A stretch of DNA of 64,000 bases from Chrysomallon squamiferum (GCA_012295275.1 CM022672.1:6696001-6760000), one strand, 5' to 3'. Counted from the stretch's first letter, positions 25,253-40,113 are shown. Made by a program: numbers and translations. The notes: a model not told the origin generated them from the letters alone.

Positions 25253-28200
25253 TACACACACCACAGAAAGATGACACACTACAAATACAAATTATTTCGT
25301 GGAATTATAAAAACTTTTCATGAATTTAAGACCTATTTTCAGTTATGTATACTGAACTGTTAACTCTCTTGATAGAAATAATAAAAAATAATAATAATAA
25401 TGTGACATTATTATCAGCTATTCAGAAAGATTTTGTTTTCATTTCTGTCCCTTCCTTCATTATCCCCGAAATGATATAAAATAATAATAATTCTCTGTGA
25501 CATGTATCAATCATATTACTGTTGTACATTATAATACACATTTTTCTTAACTTCCCCTAAGGCATAAAATAAATTAAGACAAATTATTTCCAACATATTT
25601 CCAACATATTTCAATGATATGTATATTTATATACCAGCTATAATTTTATAAATATGATTCATATATTTTAAGACAGAATTTTTCTTTATTTATCCTAATT
25701 TTATTTTATTTTTGCAATTAAATGCAGTAAATAAATGATACCAATTTTCTTTTATAAAAGTATTTAAAAAAAAGAATTTGGTAATTATATATGTATATTA
25801 AAAAACTAATACACTTTTTTATGAAGCAAGGCTCTAGTATTCTTTTATTTTTATAATTTATTAATTTATTTATTTACTTATTTCCCACTTACTATAAATA
25901 AATAACAACTTTTCTCTTTTATAAAAACAATGGTGAAGATGAACCTTATTTACACATTTCTAAAATAACATTTCCTAACATAAAAATTTTATAAAAAGAA
26001 TTATAAGAATGCCTGTGTTATTTAATTTTTTTCTATAAATAAATGATGGATTTTTTTAAAGTTCAAGAAAAATAAGGTTATCTAACTTAAATCAATCATA
26101 CAAATGCACTTTCTCATATATAAAAGTTTACAATAGCAAGAAATTTATCAGCTAATATCATTTTTTAAAACCATTATATCAATAAATACATTACATCCCA
26201 TTCTTTTTTTAAAAAGTATTCAAATATTCAACTCATATCATTAGTATTTATAACTATAATACTAACAAAGTAAAATACTTTATCCAGTTTAAGTTATTAG
26301 AAATCTGTTTCATATGTAAGTGTGTGTGTGTGTGTGTGTGTTTATGTAAATATTTACATATATATAAATGTGTATATATGTATGTATTTATATACAAATA
26401 AACATATTAAATGTGAGTCACCTGTAAATAAAACATCTCCTCCTTCTAATGTGGCTTTTGGGTCAGCAATTTCAACAACCTTCAAGCCTAAATCATCTCT
26501 TAGTACTTTTCTTATCTCTCCAACCTGTCAAACAAATAAAAAAAAGAACTCCTGTTGAGTTAAGAATATATTAAATCTTTTCAGTCTTCAGAAGTAAACT
26601 AGACTTGCTAAATACATAAAGTCAAACTATTTAAATATTCACATTTATACACTGTTTAATACAATATATACATTCTAAATTTAAGGCTGGCTTAAAATTT
26701 AGCAAAATTAATGCCACTAATAACATACTGACTCTAACATAAACTTTTAAATATTTAGTGAATTCAGCATAAATTTGAAAAATTAATTATTTTTCTGCTC
26801 TTTTTTTAATTTTAACTTCAATTTTTTAAAAATATTTAACATCACAAAAATTTAGGTTTGTAGCATATAAAACAATTTAAAAAAAAAAATCATATTCAAC
26901 AATGTAAAACTTCAATTTGATATTTTAACGTTATGTAAGTTACTTGATAGGCCTTACTAATTTTTTAACTAAATAAGTAAATGTATTTGAAAACAGGATC
27001 AGTTATTTACATTAAAAAAAAAAAGACCCACTAAACTGAAACACATGCCTCTAATTTTCTATTTTTCTTTTTTTTGTTGCACTTCATTTAATGATCTAAC
27101 ATAAAACCATTAATCATTTTAACGCCAACTTTATTTTATCTCTTACAATGTTGGGGGGGGGGTAAATTAATTTTGTAAAAAATATTTAAAAGCACCTGTA
27201 TGTATATTTTTCCATTTACTCATAACTCTGAAGTACTTATTATCTGTGATTAATAAATAAATAATTAACGAGATTACATACTACAACTGATAGGAACCAG
27301 AAAAATACATGGGAAGGATGTATGCATCACATTTTTTGAGAGTTAAATATCATATCATAAAATATGGATAAGTACAACGTTGATAAAGAGATGAAACCCA
27401 CTGCTATCATGTCATACTCATAGGCTATTATTTTTCAGCTAGCAACAAGAGCTTTTTTACATGCACCTTTGCATAGACAAGTACACACCACTGCCTTTGA
27501 CAAACCAACTGAAAAGTACTTATTATGATTAGAAAATGGTCTACCTGGATGCATTGGGGGCAAAAAGTTTAAACGATTGATTTTGGAAATACCATTACAA
27601 AATAACTTATAAGTTATTAATATGCAGGGTGAAACAGCAAAAAAGAAGGATTACTGATTATGAAATTTAGATATTTAAATGACAGTTATATTTATAAGCA
27701 GTCACCTTTAATTAGTGATGTTTGTTGGGTTTTTTAAACGTTATTTAAGTTAGTTACTTACAAAGTCAAAACATTTTGAGTACTGACTGTGTTATATAAT
27801 AAACACATGAAAATATGACTGTGTATATACAACAAAGAACAGCCTGACATATCAGAAAATTTTTAAAGAAAAAAGTAACAATAATAATAATTCTAAAAAA
27901 TATCTGAAAAGTAAATGTACCATACAGCAAGCTCAGCAAGTGTGCAGTCATAAATATAGCTTTTCTTTGTATGATTCAAAATAATTGTAAATAAATTTTT
28001 AAATATGTATGCTGGGCTGTTACATTTAAAATTTACACCACACACCATATTGTACTACATTGGATTTAAAAACATCAAATTAATATTAAATTTAAAATTA
28101 TTTGAGCTGTGTTCTGTTAAGAAATGAAAAATGGTGATGGGTTGTCAACAGTGTTTTGACATAAAGATACTAGTAAACAAAACATCTAATTTATAAACAT

Positions 28201-28791
28201 GCAAATGAGAAAACCACATATTATTTACATTAAAGTGAATTAAAAAAATACAAACGTAAATTTAAATATTTGATATGAACAATTACAAAGGTGTACACTG
28301 CATGTGAAACAAACATTCTTTCAATGTCAGGCTGCTTCTTTTGCAAATATGCTTTAAAACCATTGCATGACCTCCTTATTTATAATTATGTAATTTCATT
28401 TTGATTATTATTTGTTAAATAATTTAATAAAAAAAAAACTTTTTCTTTACCTTTGTTTTTCATTTGGATTTATTCCATAATTATTATTTTAGATATTTAT
28501 GAAGGATTGGGTTTGTTTTTTATTTGTTATGATTGTTTTCAATTCATTTTATTTTTTTTTTTTTTTTTTTTTTTATATTTTTTTTTTATTAATTTTAAAT
28601 CAGCTGATCTTGTTAAAAAAAGAAAGAAAAATTAATAACAACAGAATTTCGAAAAATAAAACATTCAAAAGATATTAGTGACACTTTTTAAAATGTTCTC
28701 TTCACATAAGAAAAGTAACTGTATATAACTATATTACTTGTTTTATTGTCATTTTTTTTTTAAATCATTATTTATTAATATTATGTTTTGT

Positions 28792-28849
<58 letters not shown>

Positions 28850-28850
28850 C

Positions 28851-28882
<32 letters not shown>

Positions 28883-29344
28883 ACAGCACAGGCGTAAAAC
28901 ATTAAACTGACTAATGCCAACTATCAACATTCGAATTCAAAAAAAAATAAAAATAAAATAAAACTTCACTCTATTTTCACTATTGTGGAAATGATCGAAA
29001 ATGTCACTTTGCGTACATTACTTTATTTATTTATACGTTTAAATCTGCATACAAATAACATTTAAGTTTACCTCTCCCTGTCTGCTGGCAACAGGTCTTG
29101 CTATCAAAGCGGTTCCGCCAATGGTGACAGCACAATCTTCAACGAAACAGCAATCTGGGTAGTTTTCATCTTCTTGCAATTCGATAATATTAATGTCGCA
29201 GTTTTTCAAAGTTGCCTTAAATTGTTCGTACTCTCTTCTGGCTTTGTCCACGTCGATCAGCTTGCCCTGTGCACCAATGGATCTGTCTCTAAAACTTTCT
29301 GGAATCCGGCAAATGATAGCATAGTTGTGCTTAAACGCCGCCAT
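19820..29344 (-). CDS. DDAH: N(G),N(G)-dimethylarginine dimethylaminohydrolase-family protein, 305 aa; 5 exons: 29344-29072, 26524-26422, 23713-23514, 23020-22889, 20029-19820
   Basis: All introns GT-AG with consistent phases (0,1,0,0); 918 nt total. Amidinotransferase/DDAH motifs present: DENYPDCCFVEDCAV, SRQGE, ATLEGGDVLFTGKEILVG, KRTNEGGA, DAFPEYPVTP, HLKN, LYING, EELTKAGG. Confidence 0.92.
27390..27515 (-). mobile_element. Decayed SINE-like dispersed repeat fragment in DDAH intron 1
   Basis: Reverse complement CAAAGGCAGTGGTGTGTACTTGTCTATGCAAAGGTGCATGTAAAAAAGCTCTTGTTGCT matches the copy at ~39035-39100. It resembles an abundant gastropod SINE core (from recollection, not searched). Confidence 0.5.
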
Positions 29345-29375
29345 TTTGAACAAGTGTCCGTACCTTTTCCGGGTC
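29337..29375 (-). promoter_or_regulatory. DDAH core promoter/start region: YY1-type CAAAATGGCGGC overlapping the ATG, with ETS-like CCGGAA just upstream
   Basis: Minus strand reads ...GACCCGGAAAAGG...TTCAAAATGGCGGCG. These motifs are typical of TATA-less housekeeping promoters; motif match only. Confidence 0.4.
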
Positions 29376-30836
29376 AATGATGACACATACCAATATAAGT
29401 TAGCTCCCTTATGTAGAATAATGGGGTGCGGTTATGAAAGAATGTCAAGTACTTAACGTTAATACCAAATAAGCTTTCTTTTAATTATAACTGTAAGACA
29501 AAATGGATTTAAATAATAATAATAATAATAATAATTTTTCAAAATAATTTTAACAAACAGTATAATTTATAAAGAATCTTTATAAATATTTTTGGTGTTT
29601 GTGTGTATGCTGTAGGTTGCAAACACACTGATTTTCCAAAAAGATATTAATTACATAATGTTCATACTAATTGATGTACCTTCTGGTGATGTCAACGCTA
29701 AATTAGCAACATTTTATAATGATTTATTATCGTACGATCAATGTTATATTTGGACACTATCTGTTTCAAGTGTTTCCGGATTATATAATTCCAGTATATT
29801 ATTTTGTCTGTGATTCATCAATCGATATTAAGTTCACAAATGGTCACACTAAAAACACATAGCTTATAACAAATACCATGTACTTCTTGGTAAAGTATCA
29901 TTTCAGTGTATTTTTACACAGTTAAGTAAAGCACCTTTCGTTTTAATACAGAACGATATGTCATTTGAATGATTCCTATTTTCATTCCCAAACAGATATC
30001 ATTTCACATTAAACATTTCCGTTATTGTTAATCGCCTGTATATGATAAAATAATAATTACCTATTACTGATAATAATAACTCTGTTGCGTTCATTTCCGA
30101 AATATGTTTACGTGTTTTGTGCGGAAAAGACGAAAAAACCCCCACCAAAAAAAAAAAAAAAATGGAGAATTATTCGGATAAATAAAAATCATAATTTTTT
30201 TTAAAAATCAAACGTTTCTAAAATACATTATTTTCAAATACTGCTGATCTGAATAATGTCTCATAATTTTGTATGGGCTTAATCAGAATGTGTCTTTCAG
30301 CTAACAATACTTTATATTCTTCTATCTAAACCGACATGTATCTTACAGGAATTCACGGTTTTGTCATGACTTTGTGGTTTTTTATTTTCAAAATGCTGAT
30401 GTGTTTCATTTCAAAAGGCCGTTTAACTTCACAGTAGCGGCCGCCAAAATTCATTATTGAATAATTTGTGACAAGTAATTTCACCCAACTAACTTGCAAA
30501 AAAAAAAAAAAAAAAAAAAAAATTTTTTTAATAAATAATATAAATAAATAAATGAAATAAAAAGAATAACTTAAAACTCGCTAGTCATGTCAAGAACCTT
30601 AACTCTGGATGAAATTGAACCAGCAAATTCCATTGGCTGCAGTTGAATGTTTAAACTGTGCGATTTTAAACCTAATGGCTTCTGAATCCTATAATTTTAT
30701 TTATTTATTTATTTATTATTATTATTAGTAGTAGTAGTAGTTATACTCAGATTACAATGGTGTTAATTTTGATTTTATACACACACACAATTTTAACAAA
30801 TAAAAAGTAAAGGCACATTTGAACATGAAAATAAAT

Positions 30837-30842
30837 TTTATT
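30837..30842 (-). terminator. Candidate PSMB7 polyadenylation signal AATAAA
   Basis: TTTATT on the + strand ~470 nt past the stop, with a second at ~30869. AT-rich context makes this uncertain. Confidence 0.3.
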
Positions 30843-31311
30843 TCACCAGCATATAAGTTAAACTAATGTTTATTAAATGATGTGAATAATGAAATGTTTC
30901 AAACGTTCATCCATTGACAATTAACTTGTTCTCTGCAAATTTAGGCAAACGAGAGCTATATTTATTTGAATAGTTTTACATGAATATATCTTTATCCCTT
31001 GGTATATTCTGTTCCAAATGTTTACTTATTTCTTAACAGAATTAGAACACACAAAACCTCATTTTTTTGTAATGAAAAATCAAACTATTCCTGAAAACAA
31101 AACTGAATAAAGTTACATGCATTACCGTTATCATATTATTTTTTGTAAATAATCAAAATGGATACCAAAAAATATCAGATAGCTATTATTTGTTTATAAA
31201 TTAGTCCTCAAAACATTGGGATTATCAAATTAAAAGTTGCTGCTGATGAATGTTACAGAAGCATGAAGTAAATTCATCTAATGAGGACTAGTGTATAAAA
31301 CTGTGAAGTCA

Positions 31312-34300
31312 TCAATCAGTTTCCATAGCAGTAGATATCACTTCTGTTGAAATCACCTCAAGATCAATTTTCTTTACTTCAGTTTCAAGTACAGCGGATG
31401 TTCCTCTTTTGTAGAGATATGAATTTTGACTGAAAACAAATGAACATTATTTTCAAACACTCATTAAAAAGTAATAATAATAAGCTATGTACATTACAAA
31501 TTCTAGCAGAAGAACATGAACTTGCAACACTGTGAGTATCCATTTTATAGTTAAAGACTAAACATTTTAAAATTTGATATATCAACATTTAATTCTGTAT
31601 TTAAAAAGCCTAGCAAACAGTACAATTATTTAAGCATTCCAGAACAACTAAGTTTTGATGAAATTTTTTATTATATATTTTTATCTTACCAAGTGCAAGG
31701 AATTAGATGGGGAATCACAAATTCAACAGTTCTGCCTTGATGGACATATCATCTTGTTTTTTAATAAAGTTAAGTTAATTCCCAGCTTTAACTTGAAACT
31801 TTTTGTTTTTAAATTTTTGACATAAAGATATATTATCAATGAAGTATCTGTAAATCTACTTTAAGAAATATTTAAAATTAAAAACCCACCGTACTCCTTT
31901 CTTGTTTGCTTCGTCAAATGGTCTCATGTATTCCACTTTGTCTGCTGTTATGACACAGATATCAACATTGCTACCAGAACCAAGATCATTGAAGATTCCT
32001 CCAGCTATGGCATCTCGCACTAACTTCATAGCATCTTCTTTCTATTAGTGATGATAATAAAAGTAGTAATATTTATATGTAAGAAACAGAAACTGACTAA
32101 TCAGGGAAGATAACTCTGTAACACATTTTCTGAAATGAGATACACATATGCAGAGAGAGAGAGAATGTGTGTATGTGTACATAACATACATACAATTATA
32201 AATACTTATAAAACTTTTAAAATCTTAATAAATATTAAGGTTCTGCTATGTAACTTCAAAGTTTTAGTGTTAATTATTTTAGGGCATTAATTTGCAACTC
32301 ATCATTATAAAAATGCACTTTATCTACTTACACACAAATCTGGTTTGTACCTGTCTTCAAAAACTGCCATAGCAGCCAAAGATCCAGATCCTAAAAAAAA
32401 AAAAAATAATTTTAGAGATATGAAGAAACTCTGATAAAAAATTCAAAGTGATAATACCTAATTGATAATGTCTCAAAACAGAAAAGAAGATGAATTCATA
32501 ATTATGCATACGGTAAATAGTGTATTAATTAAGAGTTATCAAAAGAGAAATGCAATCTTTAGCAAGATTAGAATATTTCCTGCATCATTATCTCACATCT
32601 GTGTAATCAGATTTTAGTTTATTATTCTTCTCACAGTAATAAAAGGTAAATGAAGATTGATTAGTATTATGAGGGAAATTTACATCAATAATATTTATGA
32701 CATTTACAAATTCACTTGTTAAATCTTCATACATTAATAAATTTTAAAAATGTTATGTACAACCTTTGTTGAATGTTGCAACAAAAATAAAATATAATAT
32801 ATAAACAATCATTTTCAAGTTTGACTACAATTATGATTATCTCTTAATTTGAAGGCTTTATATTTTTTTTGAAACTACCAATTAGTAATAAAAAAAATAA
32901 TTGTTTCCAGGTAAGCAGTGAGTTTCATCCCATACAGGTTGTTTTGAAAAGTGGCTTTAATAAAATAACATGTTTTACCCACACACACTGATAATATCTC
33001 AAAAACAGAAAAGACGATGAACTCATAATTTGCCATAATGTATTGATTCAGACTTGGCTATACAGATTTATTACCTTTAAATCAAGTAAGAATATTGCCA
33101 GTTATCTTGTACTAAAAAGAGTTTTGAACTATGACTAGTGACGTTAATAAAAAGAACATATTTTACCCATTGTCACATATGGTAGTTTATCTGTTGATCC
33201 ATGTGGCCACACACTATAAAGATGAGCTCCAGTGCTGTCTACGCCACCTAAAACAAGTGCTGCACTGATGTAACCATGATATCTGTTCCAATAAAAATAA
33301 TGTAACTGACAGTGAAAGGATCAAACAGAGACAACAGAAATATTTTCACTTTACGCTTTCTTATCTAGATGCAAAGTTGTCATTTTTGCAAAAATTAGAA
33401 TGTGAAAGCAGAACTGAATGACATAATTCTCACTAGGGATACAAATTATATTTATTTATTCAATTTAATTTCTAACAGTAATATTCAATTTAAAGTGAAT
33501 AACTTTTTCCATTTTTAAAAAGATTATATGCATTATCTAGTTTCATAGTTGAGGTTTCTGGAGGTTTTTCAGTTCATGAGAACTAAATTTTGTTGTTACT
33601 GTCATATATTAAGAAAATACCTGCACCATAAGAAGTAAAAATGCATGAAATAATTTACCTATAAAGTTTCTGTTTAAGAAGTCTGTTGGCTGTACACACT
33701 CTAGGTTTGCGGTTTGTGCTTAGGCGATGCAATTCTAGCTGGGAGGAAACCACTTGAGTTGTCATCTCAGTATCTGCAGCTGTACCAGCACCACAACAAC
33801 TGAAAATTTTAATTTTGTTTTAATTTTGAAGTTAAAAACTAACCAACAAAACGGTCATAATTAGTTACATCAAAATCCTTATTTTTTAAAATAAATACTT
33901 TAATCAGGTATGGTTTTACTTTATATTAGAATGAGCTACCTTCTAAAAAAAAAATCTATGATGATAGTAAACTATTTTGTCCATATGATTACACAATGAC
34001 TCAGTAACATTTAAAATGAATTCTTATTTATTAAGTCATTTATATTCAATTATTCTTTGCCACAGTAAAAGGTCTTTATTTTTAAAGATATATGACAATG
34101 TTACAAATATTTCATTGGTATAACTACAGTAATGCAGAATATTAAAAAATAATTTCAATTTTCTTACAAATGTTAATACAAAAATACTTTAAAAATAGTA
34201 TCAGGTTATCACTGAAGATTAATATACCACTATTTGTATTTTGCATATAAAATTATTATGAAAACTAACTAAATATTATCAGCAATATAATGTATCTTGG

Positions 34301-35401
34301 CACAGTTCTTGTCAGCAACTATGGTGTCCTCTGTAGCTCTAGTATCAGCACCAAGAACAACTCCATCCTGTTTAAAACAAATATTGTTTTAAAAATATAT
34401 TATTTATTATATAATAATTAATTTAGAAAAGAGTAGACATGTTTTGTTAATTTTATGTGCTTGAATAATAACAGTAATAGTAATAATACAAAATATTATT
34501 ATTATTATATAAATTTAAATTAAGATAGTCCTTAAACAAAGCTTGATTTAGATATGCCTAAACTTTTTAAAGAATTAGTACTGTTGTTGATACTATTGAC
34601 AGGAAAAATTACCTAAAATAATTAAAAATATTACTAAAACAAAACTTTTATCTAATTATAATATTCAAACTATTTACATACCTTGTAAACAATGCCAGCA
34701 ATTGTTGTTCCAGTCTTATATGCTTTTGGTAATTTCATACCATTGTTTTCAAGCATAGCATTTCTTCAATAAAAAAGAAATATTATAATTTATATAAAAA
34801 AATTAAAACATCCAAAATTTTAACTGAATTTCTTTAAACGTTAAATTTTGATGGAAATACAATTCCTTTAGTCCCTATTTATTGGGGAGAAAAAAAAACT
34901 GTACATATAATCAAGAACACTTGTATTTTATTACTGTTATTTTTAATCTGTTGCCTATCTAAATGCTGAAAGAAATTATATTCCCCAAACTAAAATGAAT
35001 ACGAAGTAATCTCCCTTCATTGAAACAAGTTTTTGGGATAAAACGAAATATTATTATCATTGAAACTAACTAAATTAATTATTGCAAAGTAATTAGTATC
35101 AGAGAAGAATATATAAAACAATTATAATGAAGAGAAAAGACAGAACTGGTCTAGTGTACACTACAATTTATTGAAATATTTAAAATATTATTATAAAAAT
35201 GCCGAGTCACAAGTGCTTAGTGTGTATTTTACTCTAATCAGAATATAACACTGTTTTACAGATTCATGTGAAAAGGAAAGAATAATGTGTGGAAACCAAT
35301 ATTTCAGCTTGTATGTTCAATTTAAAAATATATACATACCGTTGGCAGTTTTCGAAAACAAAACCACCTTTTGGTGGCTCGATAGCTAAAGCAGTCGCCA
35401 T
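31312..35401 (-). CDS. PSMB7: Proteasome subunit beta type-7 (beta-2, trypsin-like), 275 aa; 8 exons: 35401-35340, 34763-34682, 34367-34270, 33799-33659, 33282-33167, 32390-32332, 32041-31890, 31429-31312
   Basis: Propeptide [22 protein letters not shown]...KTG then mature [21 protein letters not shown]...[10 protein letters not shown]...[12 protein letters not shown]...[17 protein letters not shown]...METD*. All introns GT-AG, frame consistent (828 nt). Confidence 0.97.
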
Positions 35402-35492
35402 GGTTGAAAATCTTATTTTGAATCCGACCTCTTTCCACAGAGCACCACACCGTTTGCTAAGTATGTTGTTTGTTAGTTCGTTTGATACTTTC

Positions 35493-35529
<37 letters not shown>

Positions 35530-35645
35530 ATTATTACTGAACTGTGGGCTATTCTCTAAATCTTATTTAACCTAAAAAAAAAAAAAAAAAATAATTAAAA
35601 TACAAATGTAGTAAATATTGCTGTAAAATACGTTGTGAGTGAATG

Positions 35646-35701
<56 letters not shown>

Positions 35702-37836
35702 TGAAGAAAAAAGTAGAAGAAAGAAAGAAAAAAGAAAAAAGAAAGAAAGAAGAATAATGATGATGAGAATGATGATGATATACTGTAAATCATGATGTTG
35801 GTATTATGTTTTCTTTATGCATACGAATTTCATAAACAACAATGTTTTTGGTATTCCCATAATAATATTATATTATACACGATTGTTTGTTTATTCGCAG
35901 TTCTGTAACTTATCTTGAAACGAATTCTTTTAGGTATTGTTTTATTCGTTTTGCTGCAGAAAGTAAATTAAAACTTCTAGAATCTATAATGCTGCCAAGT
36001 TTTCCTTTCATGTTTGAGATGACGAAAAGGTTGCAGTCTGTAAGTTGACAGCAGTTGGCAGCACCTATCCTTAGGCATCTATAAACTATTTTACTTAACG
36101 GCACACTGGTGTTTAACATTAAAAGCGCACAGTGTAATAAATTAAGTATGTTTTGACTACAGTGTTTGTGATATGCACGTTCTTTCTTGTGATATGACAG
36201 TAAACAACAACACCTGTCAAATCAAATTATGTTCAACGGTTATTCTTAAGTGGAAAATGCGATATGTGTGATATTACTTTCACATTACACTATACATTTT
36301 TATAGTAGTAGCAGTAGTAGTAGTAGTAGCAGCAATAGCAGTAGTAGTATAAAGGAGTTGAAGTAACATTGTTTTTATTACCACTACTATTACCACCACA
36401 GCAGCTGCAACTGCAGCAACAACTATTATTCTTACTACTACAGATTATTATCATCATCATCATTATCATTATTATATGCATTTATTAATTTAATATCTTG
36501 TATTTTAAATAAAATTTAAAAAAAAGAAATTAAACCGTGCTCTCACATACATCAACTATCGTTTTGGTTTGGCCCCTTTAAAAAACTGAGCGATGTAATG
36601 TATTAAATCGTTCCGTTTTGAGCCGCACGGACGAAAAAAAAAGAGAGGAAAATAGATCGGTGGAAATACAGTTAACAACGTTATTTTTAAATTACATGTT
36701 TTAACGTGTAAATAACGGATAAAACGAGAATTCCCGGTTTAAATCTTGCCTCTATTTACAAACTGTTTTGCTACTTATTCACCAGCCAAAAATATGCATT
36801 ATTCTTTTTTTTTTTTTCTTTTTTTTTTCTTTTTTTAACATTGACAGAGTTGAAAGACAACAAGTAAAGCGAATCGCTATAAATTTTTCTCTGCTAACAT
36901 GTAGAATATGTTTTAATGAGTCGATTTTCTTGCAAAAACTGTTTAGCACTACGGCTCATTTCAGGTGCAGCAAACTCGGCTGATCAAAGCGGAATCTCGT
37001 CTAGACTGGTTATCAGGTGGTGTGTTAGAAAACAACTGTAGGTTAATAAGACTTCTTGTTTAGCGACACTTCAGCACATTTTTGACATTAAACACAATGT
37101 TACGCATCAAATACACGGCTTTTACATAATGCTGATATGAGAGAAAACTATGACAGCCGCCAGCATATAGGCTGTACAGTGTCGATTAGCAGCAAAAGTT
37201 ATTTTATTATTATTATTAGTAGTAGTTTTACTGTTAGTATCAAAGCAGAAAAACACGTAAAATTGCCACTGTTTATTAATCAAATGACATATGGATAGAA
37301 TGGATAATTTGGTACATCCCGATTCCCATTTATAGAAATCTAAGTAAAAAAAAAGAAAAAGAAGAAGTGTGTGTGTGTTGTTGTTGTTGTTGTTGTTGTT
37401 GCTGCTGCTGTGGCTGTTTATTTTATTATTTTTATATATTCTCATCCATCTGACTCATAAAATTATTAATCGTTTTTCTAGTTCTTGAACGAATGCATGA
37501 TGTAGTAATGTGCATTCGATTATGACTCATGAACTACATAACCTGGAAAACAGAATTAATTTATTGCATCAAAAAATCAGGAATGCTTTTCTGTTAGCTT
37601 TATACTGCCAGATATGCGTACAAAAATCAGTCTTTGGTAACATGCCACGAATTTAATTCGTTATAATTTTAATCTAGGAGTTTGGTTTTTATATTTTACA
37701 GGCACTTTACAAATGTGCTTTTAAGCTTTATAAAAAATCTTATATTTTATTATTAATTCTAATTTCATTTCAAAATTAAATATTAAATTTACTGTTTCTT
37801 AATATAACAAATACATCAAATCGAAAAAGACTGGGA

Positions 37837-37840
<4 letters not shown>

Positions 37841-37918
<78 letters not shown>
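37841..37918. repeat. (GA)n microsatellite
   Basis: Directly visible. Confidence 0.95.
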
Positions 37919-37921
<3 letters not shown>

Positions 37922-38687
37922 TTCATTTTCACTTTAGTGCAGTTTAATATTTGATGATTTTATCTTTTTATCCAACGTAGCCATAATTACAGAGAAGTAA
38001 TTTTTGTGTGTTATTAATATACTTAAAGAGACACATAAAAGTGTAAATGTAGTGCGATATAATTATGATTACAATATTTTACAAGAGCTCGTGTCAAATA
38101 AAATAATTCAGGCAATTACATTTGCTGCAACTGCACGAGGTCGGCTCGATCATGCACTCGGTGTCCTGGGCCATCAAAGACAATGACTGTATTATTTCGC
38201 GCCAAATCTTATATAGCAGACGAACTTATTGGAATGGCACCAGGAAAATAAATCGATTGCTCAAAACCAGACTGATCTGTTTCAGTGGCTGTACTCGAGT
38301 TCATGATGAAAGAAGCTGCCCTTTTATTTCAGTACAGCGGAATCGATGAATGTTTTCTCCCGAGCACGCGCCAATGGGCACCATATTGTCCCTGCTCTTG
38401 TTCAGTTGTAGATAAACAAAATGAATTATGAGTTGAGTGTTTGTGTGTATGACCGAGTTAATTGCTTCTTGCATGTTCTTGTTACCAAAATATCATGTAA
38501 CAAAAAAAAAAAAAAAAACCATTGTAAATTTGTCGTTAAATACATTATCACTTAGACAAAAATGTTAATAACAATAAAACTGAAATATAAGCATCCTGAC
38601 TTAAAAAAACTAAAACTAAATTAGTCTTGAAAAGTTAGTAAAACAAATTAATAATAAAGTGATGGCATAAAAACTGACATTGATGAA

Positions 38688-38690
<3 letters not shown>

Positions 38691-38775
<85 letters not shown>
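38691..38775. repeat. (CT)n microsatellite
   Basis: Directly visible. Confidence 0.95.
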
Positions 38776-38786
<11 letters not shown>

Positions 38787-38999
38787 GTCAGTCTTTCATT
38801 ATGTCTTTCTTTTCTGATTCTCTTTCGTCTTAAGCACACATACAAACGTAACATATACACTCGATATATACATTCTACATTATTATTTTTGATATTCGAC
38901 TGTTGACCACTTGATCAAAAATAAAAATATTTTATTTAACGAAAAAAACCAACACTCAACATATATCATTCTCCTGTTACATAAAGTCATACGTATATT

Positions 39000-39210
39000 T
39001 CTCGTTCCACTCACTGCTCTACAACTGGTGTAACAAAGGCCGGTGGTATGTGCTCTCCAGTCTTTGAATTGGTGTATAGAAAATATCCCTGTTACTGCTC
39101 ATTAGTAGACCTCAGCGAGTTTCTTCTCTGGTTATCCGAGTGGTTCTTAACTATGTGTCCGATTCCATATCAGATCTGTTCAGTACCTCGTTAAAGAAAA
39201 TATTTCCTTC
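39000..39210 (+). mobile_element. Decayed SINE-like element (best-preserved copy in the window)
   Basis: ACTGGTGTAACAAAGGCCGGTGGTATGTGCT...GGTGTATAGAAAATATCCCTGTTACTGCT...TCGTTAAAGAAAATATTTCCTTCC. Related fragments at 27390-27515 (-), ~13470-13510 (+) and ~54320-54360 (-). Confidence 0.55.
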
Positions 39211-39633
39211 CATCATGAAGACTACATAATTATTAAGAGAAAAAACAAAACAACAACATGCGATGACCTACTCGTTTTCGATTACCACTGAGGGACCTTT
39301 TATATGTCATAGACAGGAAAATTGGCCAAAAAGAGCAAAATTCATGTCACCATAGCAACATACAAAAAACATTAAAAAAAATTGAATAAATCAATAAATA
39401 AGTAATATAACATTCAAAAGAAAACCAAAACGAACCAACCCCCAAAACAAAATAAACAAAACAACAACAACAAAAAACATCGAATATAAACCAGTATATC
39501 ATTAATTCAACAGTGAAACTTAAATCCAAAATTCAAAATTGCTTGTATTGTGTTACTCCTGTGTAAACATAGTGATTAAAACCTGAATTTGAAATAGAAA
39601 GCAACCATGACTCATCAGATATGACAATGAATA

Positions 39634-39894
39634 CTCTCACTGAGAGTCTCTGTGGATGATTTATTTATGAGGGTCCTTTTAGGTACGAAATATATTTACA
39701 TGTATGGTATGTATGTATTTTTTTCTTTCATATCTTCGGTTTTTCATTATTGTTGTTGCTGTTGTTGCTAGCTATATATATATATATATATATGAAACAA
39801 AAAGAACATATACCATACATGTAAATATATTAAATATATTTCGTATTTAAAAAGATCCTTATAAATAAATCATCTACAGAGCTCTCAGTGAGAG
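39634..39894. mobile_element. Foldback/MITE-like element with ~100-bp inverted arms
   Basis: 39634-39733 (CTCTCACTGAGAGTCTCTGTGGATGATTTATTTATGAGGG...) is the reverse complement, with a few mismatches and a small indel, of ~39790-39894 (...ATAAATAAATCATCTACAGAGCTCTCAGTGAGAG). Confidence 0.75.
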
Positions 39895-39967
39895 CAACAA
39901 CATAATTATATTAATACTGAGAAACACTATAGGAAAAAAAATCAAAATAATATATATATTATATTTT

Positions 39968-40015
<48 letters not shown>

Positions 40016-40111
40016 TCGCTTTAACAACATTACAGACTTGTCTATTTAATGACAAGTACATTCACTATACGCAGTACGAAATGTATCATTTTTCCTTAAC
40101 CTGTTACTTGG

Positions 40112-40113
<2 letters not shown>

